Source of the DNA: a bacterium
Lineage (GTDB): Bacteria; UBA8248
Length of the DNA: 64,000 bases
Direction of reading: 5' to 3'
Assembly: GCA_965261085.1 (NCBI GenBank)
Contig: OZ253442.1
Coordinates: 128,001-192,000 of the forward strand
Shown here: positions 19,121 through 27,823 of the stretch, one piece after another
How positions within the stretch are numbered: the first letter of the stretch is position 1
How the letters are laid out: each line of letters starts with the position of its first letter
The notes under the pieces: model-generated
Database searches by the model: none
The model's input: only the letters and a program-made list of their open reading frames with translations
What the model was told of the DNA's origin: nothing
Program-made: the position numbers and the translations under genes

Positions 19121-20218
19121 ATGATGTCTGAGAATTTCGGGGACGTCTTTCCAAGGTTGCGCCGCTTTTTCCCATCCTCCCTGCTTGACGACCCGTGGTG
19201 GGATCGGCTGGTGGAGCGCGTCGGCGAACTTCCGAGTTGGCTGACCCTGAACTACGCAGCCTTCGAGTTCCGGTTGGGAGACCCTGCGCCCGCCGCCGAT
19301 TATTTCGTCTCGGTTACGCCCGGGCGTCCATCCATGGAGTATTACGTCCACCTGGGCGAGGACGCAAAACCGGACTCCGCCGAGGCGGCCCTCGCCCGGG
19401 TCTACGCCCGCATGAACGGGGCGGGCTCCCCTTCCGAATCCTCTCTCGCCGGCTGGTTCAGAGCGTCGATGCTCGAATACGACATCGCGGAGATTCCTTT
19501 GAACCAGCGACAGCCCCCGGGCGTGTTCCTGGCGCTTCAGCCTCAATCCGAACTGGATGAAAACCTCGTGGGTTCGCGAACTCCTGACCGCCTGGCCGCC
19601 ACCATAGTGAGCGCGGTCGGGTGGGACGAGGACGAGGAAGAGCGCCGCGCCGTGGAACGGGCCTTCGCCGCCTTGCCCCGGGACGGCGTGGTGGATCAGA
19701 TCGGCGCCGCGGCGCAGCGCGAGCCGCGCTCCATCCGCCTCATCGTGGACGGGTTGAAAGGGCGCAACATGCCGGCTCTCCTGAAGCGGCTGAAATGGGA
19801 AGGCCCCACCCGGAAGGTGATGGACGTTTTAGAGGAGATGCGCGACGTGACGCCGGTCTTCCGGCTCGCGGTGGACGTCGGCGCGCACGGCGTGGGGCCG
19901 CGCCTGGGCCTCGAGATGTACAGGCCGAGAAAACCCTCGAACCTCGACTACTGGCTGACCTCGGGGCGCAACGCCTGGCGTCCCGTCGTGGACTACCTCG
20001 AAGAGATGAAATGGTGTCTGCCGGAAAAGGGAGACGGCCTGCGCGCATTCCCGGGAATCGAGCGAATTTTCGATGAAAACGGCATGTCCATCCTGTATAA
20101 GGGAATCAACCACTTCAAGCTGTCCATCGAGGGCGACGCCGTCGAGGCCAAGGCCTACGCCGCCCTCGCCTACTTCCGGCTCTACGCTCCCTCCGAGGAA
20201 GAATCTGAGCCGGCGTGA
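19121..20218 (+). CDS. Putative RiPP maturase, possibly an ABBA-like prenyltransferase
   Basis: Directly follows the precursor; motifs FEFRLG, LEYD, IRL, DVG..GVGPRLGLE, LPEK..L..FPG and HFKL...EAKAY, which I recognise from proteins encoded near NHLP/Nif11 precursors; function inferred. Confidence 0.5.
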   Translation: MMSENFGDVFPRLRRFFPSSLLDDPWWDRLVERVGELPSWLTLNYAAFEFRLGDPAPAADYFVSVTPGRPSMEYYVHLGEDAKPDSAEAALARVYARMNGAGSPSESSLAGWFRASMLEYDIAEIPLNQRQPPGVFLALQPQSELDENLVGSRTPDRLAATIVSAVGWDEDEEERRAVERAFAALPRDGVVDQIGAAAQREPRSIRLIVDGLKGRNMPALLKRLKWEGPTRKVMDVLEEMRDVTPVFRLAVDVGAHGVGPRLGLEMYRPRKPSNLDYWLTSGRNAWRPVVDYLEEMKWCLPEKGDGLRAFPGIERIFDENGMSILYKGINHFKLSIEGDAVEAKAYAALAYFRLYAPSEEESEPA

Positions 20219-20309
20219 TCGGGGGGGGCGGGGGGCGGTCAATCAGACGGCGGGGTGGTTTTTTGGAGAAGTAATTATACGCTTGTCTAACTATATAAGG
20301 AATTTATAT

Positions 20310-21560
20310 TCAAATTGATATTTTGGTTTGCTTGGGCAACAATTTGTCAAAATCACTTTTATTAATCAAATTATCAGCAAATCCTCTCATGACAATATAT
20401 GGCCGCATCAGTGGACTGTTAAAACGATAGCGTATCTGACGTTTTGGACCCGTTCGATAAAGAAGTCCTCCACGTTCTTTACCACTCAATTCTTTCAGGT
20501 GACGGGCGAAATTTGGAATATCATATGAGCGATTCGTGATAATTCGCAAAGGTTCCCGAACATTCGCTGCAGAGAAATATCCGAGGTCGTCATTCTCAGC
20601 GAATGCACAAGCCAAAACAACTTCTCTGAAGATGTGACCTGGTTGCTGGCTCTTGGTTGCACGATAATACGCCATCTTGATTGATTCTTGCCATTGTTCG
20701 AGGGCTCTTTCCATTCCTTCGTTTACGTCTTGATTTTCAAGCTCTTTACTTTCTCTCTTTATTGCCACCTTTGTAGCGTGAAGCGCGAGCAGGTGGGTAA
20801 CATATGGCAAACCCTGAGACAGGCTAACAATTTCTGATTTTGCATCATCTTTAATTTTCATCTGTAGTCGCCCCATGCCTTTTGCAACAATTTCGGCAAT
20901 TTCAGTGTTTGACATACGCGGCATCGGTACTTGGACAAGCGCTCGTTCGATGGATTGATGCTCGCTGATCAATTCGTCTACAGAATCTGCGACACCGATC
21001 AGAAGAATTGTAGCTTTAACACTATAATCAGAAAGACTTTTGATTGTGTCAGCCATTACGGCGGGAATTTCACTGTTCACTGTCCGATCGAACTCATCAA
21101 ATACTGGAACAAGAATAATTCCGTGTGAAAATTCATCTAAAATTCTACGAATATCTTCTGGAGATAAATTTTCAGGAAGGCTCTCCACAAGTTTCCGTCT
21201 AACACTAACTTCTTGTTTGGTAAATCCAACCCCAGGACGTGTCGCAGTTAAGGTGATGTTGTCAAACTGTTTTTTCCACAGACTTGTGAATGTATCAGTT
21301 GTGTCACAATTTACGCGTGGAAGGAGAAATCTTCCGCCAGTTTTGTGCAAAAAACTTAAAAGGACATTAGATAATGAAGTCTTTCCAACTCCACGCTCAC
21401 CATAAAGAACCGCATGGTAACCACGCTGAGAAATAGTGTCGATTATCTTATTTACTTGGTCAATCCTACCCGAAAATAATTCAGCCTCACTGATTGGGGC
21501 ACCCGGCGTGAACACTTGGTTCGCATTAAACTCTAACTCAGCCCAATAATCGCTCGCCAT
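20310..21560 (-). CDS. AAA+ ATPase (Orc1/Cdc6-like, with probable C-terminal winged helix)
   Basis: FTPGAP...LFSGR, Walker A YGERGVGKTS, Walker B VFDEFDR, SQGLPYVTHLL; AT-rich. Confidence 0.85.
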   Translation of the reverse strand: MASDYWAELEFNANQVFTPGAPISEAELFSGRIDQVNKIIDTISQRGYHAVLYGERGVGKTSLSNVLLSFLHKTGGRFLLPRVNCDTTDTFTSLWKKQFDNITLTATRPGVGFTKQEVSVRRKLVESLPENLSPEDIRRILDEFSHGIILVPVFDEFDRTVNSEIPAVMADTIKSLSDYSVKATILLIGVADSVDELISEHQSIERALVQVPMPRMSNTEIAEIVAKGMGRLQMKIKDDAKSEIVSLSQGLPYVTHLLALHATKVAIKRESKELENQDVNEGMERALEQWQESIKMAYYRATKSQQPGHIFREVVLACAFAENDDLGYFSAANVREPLRIITNRSYDIPNFARHLKELSGKERGGLLYRTGPKRQIRYRFNSPLMRPYIVMRGFADNLINKSDFDKLLPKQTKISI

Positions 21561-21576
21561 ACGCCACCTCAAGCGT

Positions 21577-21735
21577 CTAGTAAAGAAGTAAACTCATATA
21601 ATAACACCTTAATCTTGTCAAGTATTAGGCTGAACGCCGTCGTTTCGCCTTGCGACTAATAAACTGCTAAACTCATATAGTAATGCCTTAATCTTGTCAA
21701 GTATGAGACTGAACGCCGTCGTTTCGCTTTACAAC
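21577..21735. repeat. Tandem 79-bp imperfect direct repeat (2 copies) between the divergent ATPase and DUF488 genes
   Basis: TAAACTCATATA..CCTTAATCTTGTCAAGTAT..CTGAACGCCGTCGTTTCGC starts at 21589 and again at 21668; each copy has TTGACA on the minus strand. Confidence 0.85.
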
Positions 21736-21853
21736 CCGAGGGTAAGCTTTGCCTAACGCGGAAGGAGCTAATCAACGATGCAGTAGATCGTCAGGCAAAG
21801 CGCATCGCCTTCGTGGACGAGAATCTGACTAATCCTTCTGCCGGAGCAATCCA

Positions 21854-22291
21854 ATGAAATTATTCACCACCGGATTTACCAATAAGTCGGCATGCCGTTT
21901 CTTTGACCTACTTCTGGAATCGCGTGTGAAAAGGATTTTGGGCGTTCGAATCAACAACGGGTCGCAACTCGCCGGTTTCGCCAAGAAGGACGATCTCTCG
22001 TACTTCCTCGAAAAGATTTGTGGAATGGATTATGTTCATCTGCCAGACCTCGGCGCCACGAAGGAGTTATTACGGGAGTATCAAGCAGGAAACTTAGATT
22101 GGGAGACCTATGAAAAGCGTTTCACAGAGTTGATGCGTGAACGACGCATTGAGGAAACGACTCCAAAAGATGTTCTAAGCGATGGCTGTCTTTTGTGTAG
22201 CGAAGATCAGCCACATCATTGCCACCGTCGACTCGTAGCGGAATATCTAAACGAACATTGGAGAGACATCGATATCTCCCACTTGCGTTAA
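21854..22291 (+). CDS. DUF488 family protein
   Basis: FTTGF, SQLAGFAK..DL.YFL and LLCSE..PHHCHRRLVAEYL. Confidence 0.85.
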   Translation: MKLFTTGFTNKSACRFFDLLLESRVKRILGVRINNGSQLAGFAKKDDLSYFLEKICGMDYVHLPDLGATKELLREYQAGNLDWETYEKRFTELMRERRIEETTPKDVLSDGCLLCSEDQPHHCHRRLVAEYLNEHWRDIDISHLR

Positions 22292-22680
22292 TCGGCGAAT
22301 ACGCAGGTAAGAGAACATCGTATGTTCAGAAACTCCATAAGAAAAGCTAACCTAAAATAGAAACCGAGTAACACGAAAATCACGACACCAGCACAACATG
22401 GTCGGGCAGACGCGCTCACGGAAACCTATCAGCAATCATTCTTCCCCCTCATCCTCCCCGATGAAATTCGTGATGGCGACGCTCGCTCCCGAAACCCAGC
22501 GGTGATGTGACCGACACGTCGTTTCCTGAAACTTTGCATTCGAATGTGGCAACCGCAAGGTCAACCAATCACGCGCTCCTCCAACTCGGAAAAGAAAGGC
22601 CGCTCCTCCCGGAACGGGGAGAAGGGATATGCCGGCGCAGGTGAAAGATTGACAAGTGTCGATTGACACATTACATCTGA

Positions 22681-22806
22681 CTGCTCCACGCGCTCAAAGG
22701 CGAATGGAGAGGCTATTGGCCGGTCACCGTGAATGCGAACCGGCGCATCATCTTCCGCTTCGAGGGTGAGGATGCGCACGACGTTGAACTCATCGACTAT
22801 CACTGA
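22681..22806 (+). pseudogene. higB: 5'-truncated HigB (RelE/ParE-type) toxin remnant
   Basis: Reads LHALKGEWRGYWPVTVNANRRIIFRFEGEDAHDVELIDYH*; an in-frame TGA at 22678 precedes it and there is no N-terminal half. Confidence 0.8.
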
Positions 22807-22821
22807 ATAAAGGAGTGCCCC

Positions 22822-23115
22822 ATGCCCATGAAGAATCCGCCGCATCCCGGCAAGGTCGTGCGCGTCTCCTGTCTGGAGCCGCTGGGCCTGAGCGTGACCG
22901 AAGGCGCCAAAGCGCTGGGCGTCAGCCGCCAAGCCCTCTCGAACCTGGTGAACGGGCGCGCGCGGGTGTCCTCCGAGATGGCGATTCGCCTCGCCAAGGC
23001 CTTCGGCTCCACGACGGAGACCTGGATACGCCTTCAGACGGCTTATGACATCGCCCAAGCACTTGAACGCGAGGATGAAATCGAGGTCAAACGCTACGAG
23101 CCGCAACCGGCGTGA
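22822..23115 (+). CDS. higA: HigA antitoxin (XRE HTH addiction module antidote)
   Basis: [41 protein letters not shown] and W..LQ.AYD. Confidence 0.92.
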   Translation: MPMKNPPHPGKVVRVSCLEPLGLSVTEGAKALGVSRQALSNLVNGRARVSSEMAIRLAKAFGSTTETWIRLQTAYDIAQALEREDEIEVKRYEPQPA

Positions 23116-23181
23116 GAGGAGCCGGCTGCAATTTAGCCGCGCGGGCCAACCTCGACCGGAGAAGGAGGACTCCTGTGTCCC

Positions 23182-23502
23182 CTACGAAATCGCGGCGTCC
23201 CCCGCCACGAGCACGACGTGATCGGTTTCAATGCGCCGCCTGAAATGCTCGGGCACGGAATCCCACACGAATACGTCCACGCGAAAAGGCAGGCTGCTCT
23301 CCTCTAACGCTTCTTTGAGATCGTAGACTCTTCGGCTTTGGGCGGGCTCGGCGAACACGACCATATCCAGATCGGATTTGGGGCGCGCTTCTCCCCTCGC
23401 GCGGGAGCCGTACACCCAGGCGGCGGTGTTCGGCAGATGCTTATCGAGCAAACCCAGAATGAGCGCGCGCTGCGCCTCGGTGACGTCGATGGTCTTGGTC
23501 AT
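23182..23502 (-). CDS. Minimal nucleotidyltransferase (MNT antitoxin)
   Basis: YGSRARG...SDLD and LPFRVDV; ATG overlaps the stop of the upstream HEPN frame (ATGA). Confidence 0.88.
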   Translation of the reverse strand: MTKTIDVTEAQRALILGLLDKHLPNTAAWVYGSRARGEARPKSDLDMVVFAEPAQSRRVYDLKEALEESSLPFRVDVFVWDSVPEHFRRRIETDHVVLVAGDAAIS

Positions 23503-23911
23503 TCCCATGTCCGTTTGGTCATGGTTTGGTAGAGACCCGCGGCGTCTTCAATGAAATCACCCACTATCTCCAAAGCGGCTCGCGCCTTTTCGCCGCTGTA
23601 GGCGTGGGCGGTATCGCGGCATAGCCCAGCCATCGCTCCAGAGGCGCAGGGAGCATCAAATCGTTCTCGAAGGCGAGTCTGAAGACGGGCTTGGGGCTGT
23701 TGGGCGCATTCGCGACGCCCAACTCTTCGACCAGGTATCGCTTGGGCACCTTCCAGAGGCAGTCGTAGCAGGTCTCGAAACGCTGGATGACCGACTCGGC
23801 GACGGCTTCTCTGAGCAGTTCGGGTAGTACGGCGTCGGGTTTCCGATAATTCTCATACTGCTCTTCCAGACGTTTGAGGGACATCCGAAAATTGTCGTAC
23901 TCAACCATCAT
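23499..23911 (-). pseudogene. HEPN (HI0074-type nucleotidyltransferase substrate-binding) toxin, frameshifted
   Basis: IQRFETCY...WK and SPKPVFR; after WLGYA the homology continues in another frame as DTAHAYSGEKA...YQTMTKRTWE*. Confidence 0.8.
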
Positions 23912-24322
23912 ACGCCTCACAACGTCGAAAAACCTTCATCCGCATCGGGCCTCGACCATCATCCCACAAGGCATGAATTTGTCAATAAATCGCACAGGCG
24001 CATTTGCCCGCATCTGCGGTGCGGCGGGACCGGGCCGGTTCGGGTAGATTCCGGGAAGCGTTTCTTGGAGGAGAACACATGCGTAGATGCCGAAATTCAG
24101 AGGGCGCGCTTCACTTTAGAGATCGCACGAGGGACGCAAGAATTCAGAATAATGCAAATAATCAAATTTCCTGTAAAATTAGATAAATTGACGAGGTTAT
24201 TCGATAAATTAACGGGGTATTTCTAAAAATAAACGAACCATAAAACGGCTCTTTTTCAGCGCAAAACGGCCCTTTTTCGGCTGAAAACCTGGGCTTTCGC
24301 CCCTTTTCGGGGCTAAACGGCC

Positions 24323-25540
24323 CTATAGCGCGCCTGCGAAGGCCTCTCCCGCCAGGAGCCTGCCGAGTTTCAGGCGCGTCGTGTCGTTCAGGCCGTCAAT
24401 GTGGTAGCACATCATCGCGTCGCGCAGGTGCCGCTCGGCCGGATGGGTGTCCATGTAGCCGTTTCCGCCAAAAATGTTCATCGCCTTGATGCAGACCTGG
24501 GGCGCCATCTCGGAGGCGAACAGGGCGCAGCGCATGCCCTCCTTGTGGTCGTATTCGCCCTCAGCCGCCGTATCCGCATGCCAGGCCGCGCGCCAGACAG
24601 CGTCTCGCGCGACGGTGATGTTCACGTACATGTCGGCGAGAATCTCACGAATCCGCGCGTGCTCGATGATGGGCTTTCCGCCCTGGACGCGCTCCCTCGC
24701 GTAGGTCATGGCGTCTTCAAAAGCGGCCCGCGCGATGCCGACGCCGAAAGTCGCCGTGGTGGGCGAATGACGCGAGAAGACGCGGGCCATATAGGGAAGC
24801 CCCCCGTCCACCTCGCTAAGCCGCCATTTTTCGGGCACTTCGGCGTTTTCGTAGATGAGCTCGGCGTTCATCAAAAGGCGCGCGCCGAGCTTTCCGTGGA
24901 TGGTTCCGCGCCGGAAGCCGGGTATCTCGTCCGTCATGATGAACGCAGTGATCCCCTCGTTGACGGGAACGTTCGGGTTGGTTCTCGCGAGCACGAAATT
25001 GATGTTGCTCATCGCCGCGCAGGCGATGAAGTGCTTCTTACCGTTCAGTATCCAGGTATCGCCTTGTTTTACGGCGGATAGCCGCGCTCCCCCGTCGATG
25101 TTCGTGGCGGGCATGATGTTGTCCGTACCCGCCTGGGGTTCCGTCAGGCCGATGGCCATGGTGGAGGTGTCCACGTCCATGTAACGGGGCAGAAATTCCG
25201 CCAACTGCTCTTCGGTTGTGAAGTGGCAGAGCATCTTGGCGAGCTTCCAGTTCTGGTGGATGACGGAGGCGAAGCCCGCCTCGCCCTGAAAAAGCTCCTC
25301 CAGCAAGACCACGTGCGCGAAAATGCCCAAGCCCTCCCCGCCCATTTCCTTGGGCGTCGTGAGCGTCCTGATGCCCGCCGCGGAGGCCTTCTTCAAGGCT
25401 TCCACTGGAAAGGGATGCGCCGGATCGACACCGTTTTGGCGATCCCACTCGGCCGCATAGGGCTTCAACTCGTTTTTGGAGAATTCAGCGATTTTGCTCT
25501 GCCAGCCTTTTAGTTCGTCGTCCAGAATGTAATCCACCAT
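24323..25540 (-). CDS. Acyl-CoA dehydrogenase family protein
   Basis: GLTEPQAGTD, LNGKKHFI, ARERVQGGKPI and FGGNGYM..HPAERHLRDA. Confidence 0.9.
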   Translation of the reverse strand: MVDYILDDELKGWQSKIAEFSKNELKPYAAEWDRQNGVDPAHPFPVEALKKASAAGIRTLTTPKEMGGEGLGIFAHVVLLEELFQGEAGFASVIHQNWKLAKMLCHFTTEEQLAEFLPRYMDVDTSTMAIGLTEPQAGTDNIMPATNIDGGARLSAVKQGDTWILNGKKHFIACAAMSNINFVLARTNPNVPVNEGITAFIMTDEIPGFRRGTIHGKLGARLLMNAELIYENAEVPEKWRLSEVDGGLPYMARVFSRHSPTTATFGVGIARAAFEDAMTYARERVQGGKPIIEHARIREILADMYVNITVARDAVWRAAWHADTAAEGEYDHKEGMRCALFASEMAPQVCIKAMNIFGGNGYMDTHPAERHLRDAMMCYHIDGLNDTTRLKLGRLLAGEAFAGAL

Positions 25541-25562
25541 GACGGCTCCCTCGCATGAAGGT

Positions 25563-26537
25563 TCACGAACCTGATTTTCGCTCCGTTTCGTGTTCCAAAG
25601 CGTTGTTTTGTCTATACCAACGAATCAACTCCGAATCCCGCGCCCGCGCCGCCTCCCGGGCCGATTCCTCCGTCCATTTATAAAACCCCTCGCCGCTCTT
25701 GATACCAAGCAGGTTCTTCTCCACCATCTCATCCATCAAAGGCGAGGGCTCGGGGCGGTGATCGAGAGAGGGCTGAATATGCCCATGCACGTCGCGCAAA
25801 ACGTCCATTCCAGAGAAATCGTTGAGCATGCAAAGCCCCAGCGGCGGAAAAAGAGGGGCGATGGCGCGCCACACGGCATCGACATCCTCAGGGCTGGCAT
25901 AGCCTTTCTCCACGATATGAAAGGCCTCGCGCCTGAGCGCCGTCGTGAGCCTCACACCGATGTGCCCAGGCACTTCGCGGCACACGATGGGTTTCTTGCC
26001 CGATTTTTCCAACAGCGCGCACGTGATTCGCGTCGTCTCCTCGCTCGTTTGGCGACCGGGGGAAACCTCCACGACGGGGATCAGATGCGGCGGGGTGTAA
26101 TTGTGCGTGACGATACAGCGCTCGGGATGCTTCGTTCGCGCGGAAATATCCGTCATCCCCAGGCCCGAGGTCTCGCTCGCCAGGATCACGTCCGGCGGGG
26201 ATATTTCATCTATTTTTTCGAAAACTTCCTGTTTGAGTGATAAATTCTCACTCACCGCTTCCACCACGAAATCACCGCCCCGCACGGCTTCGTGAAAATC
26301 CTGCGTCGAGTCGATGCGCTCTAAAATATCGCGCGCCTCCCCTGCGCCCAACACATCCGCATCAATAAGTATATCGAGGCTTTTTTCGATTTCAGAACGC
26401 GCGCGCGCCGCGCTCTCGGAGCTTCGGTTGTACATGAGAACGCGAAAATTCGCCTGAGCGAACTGCAACGCCACGCCCCGGCCCACATATCCACCCCCGA
26501 TGACCGCGATGTTTTGAATATCGCCCGCCTCGCGCAT
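25563..26537 (-). CDS. 3-hydroxyacyl-CoA dehydrogenase family protein
   Basis: IAVIGGGYVG, VEAVSENL.LKQ, NYTPPHLIPVVE and LGIKSGEGFY. Confidence 0.88.
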   Translation of the reverse strand: MREAGDIQNIAVIGGGYVGRGVALQFAQANFRVLMYNRSSESAARARSEIEKSLDILIDADVLGAGEARDILERIDSTQDFHEAVRGGDFVVEAVSENLSLKQEVFEKIDEISPPDVILASETSGLGMTDISARTKHPERCIVTHNYTPPHLIPVVEVSPGRQTSEETTRITCALLEKSGKKPIVCREVPGHIGVRLTTALRREAFHIVEKGYASPEDVDAVWRAIAPLFPPLGLCMLNDFSGMDVLRDVHGHIQPSLDHRPEPSPLMDEMVEKNLLGIKSGEGFYKWTEESAREAARARDSELIRWYRQNNALEHETERKSGS

Positions 26538-26660
26538 AATGGCTCCTGGTATAGAAATGGACTCAAGGTATGAGTCAAGATGTATCATAGACGAGTTCCC
26601 AAAGCCATGAGAGCATCTGGAAGCCTCCTGTTCCAAGTAGCCCGAACCCAAGGGAGTACG

Positions 26661-27761
26661 ATGGCAAAGCGAACGATCACATGTTTCTTGCTCGGTATCG
26701 CCCTGGCCGCCTGTGGCGGCGAGGGGGATTTCTCCTCCACGGGAAACATGAATACCCCCCGTCATGGGCACACGGCCACAAAACTCGAGTCAGGTGAAAT
26801 ACTCATCACCGGCGGACTCACCAAAACTTCTCCGCTCGATGATTTCGAGATATACGATCCGGTCCAGGGAATCTTCAAACCCTACAAGATTCAAGGCTTG
26901 CAGGCCCGGGGGTGGCATAAGGCCATCCTGCTGAAAGGAGGAGTGCTGATTTCCGGGGGCTGGACGAATGGCGGCAAAGCGCTCAGAGACGCTTTTCTCA
27001 CACAACCCGGCGCGGGGCTTCGCGCACGCGCCATGATGAAATACGGCCGTTATGATCATACGGTGACAAAGCTGCCTACCGGAGACATACTCATCGCAGG
27101 CGGCAACGATGGAAAACGCGCCATCCCCCACTTGGAAATATATGCGCCCGACAAAAAGCGTTTCATGCCTGCGCGAAGGCCCATGCTCATGGCGCGCCAG
27201 CAGCACAGCGCCACCATGTTGCACGGAGGCGCCGTGCTGATCCTCGGCGGCGCGGAAGGAAAAGGGGCACGATACGCGGAGCTGTACCTGCCTACTCAAG
27301 GAAGAACACGCCTGGTTCGAAGCCTGACGACACAAAGGAGCCGCCATAGCGCCACACGACTGAAGGATGGGGAGGTCCTCATTGCAGGCGGCCTGGGCAA
27401 AGATAAAACGCTCGATAGCGCTGAAATCTTCGACCCGGCGACGGGAAAATTCATCCCGTTAAAAAACAAACTGCACGCCAAGCGCCAGCAGCATACCGCC
27501 ACATTACTCTCGGACGGCAGAGTCGTTCTCATCGGCGGCTGGGGTGGCGAGGGGCGGACCCTGGCCAGCGCGGAAGTGTTCGAGCCCGAAAAAAGATGTT
27601 TCTGGCTGCTGGGAGTCGAGATGAAGTTTCCCAGACGCCTTCATTCGGCCACTTCACTGGGAGGAGGGCGGGTTCTCATCGCTGGGGGCGCATCTGACAG
27701 CGAAGTTCTGAAATCAGCGGAAATTCTCACCATCACGCGCGAAGGAAAAAGCGGATGCTGA
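26661..27761 (+). CDS. Kelch-repeat beta-propeller lipoprotein
   Basis: Lipobox LAAC; seven repeats of R..H.AT.L..G.VLI.GG. Confidence 0.88.
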   Translation: MAKRTITCFLLGIALAACGGEGDFSSTGNMNTPRHGHTATKLESGEILITGGLTKTSPLDDFEIYDPVQGIFKPYKIQGLQARGWHKAILLKGGVLISGGWTNGGKALRDAFLTQPGAGLRARAMMKYGRYDHTVTKLPTGDILIAGGNDGKRAIPHLEIYAPDKKRFMPARRPMLMARQQHSATMLHGGAVLILGGAEGKGARYAELYLPTQGRTRLVRSLTTQRSRHSATRLKDGEVLIAGGLGKDKTLDSAEIFDPATGKFIPLKNKLHAKRQQHTATLLSDGRVVLIGGWGGEGRTLASAEVFEPEKRCFWLLGVEMKFPRRLHSATSLGGGRVLIAGGASDSEVLKSAEILTITREGKSGC

Positions 27762-27823
27762 GCTTTCAAGATATCCCGATAAAACTGGGCAATCATAAAA
27801 CCTGACCAAACGAGGATAATCAC

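Noticed and set aside
21577-21735. Possible CRISPR array
   Set aside because: Only two adjacent 79-bp units, no unique spacers, no cas genes
22561-23106. 181-aa minus-strand ORF
   Set aside because: Antisense to the higB remnant and higA
24242-24322. Short degenerate repeats AAAACGGC(T/C)CTTTTTC
   Set aside because: Two or three poor copies downstream of a gene end; no function can be supported
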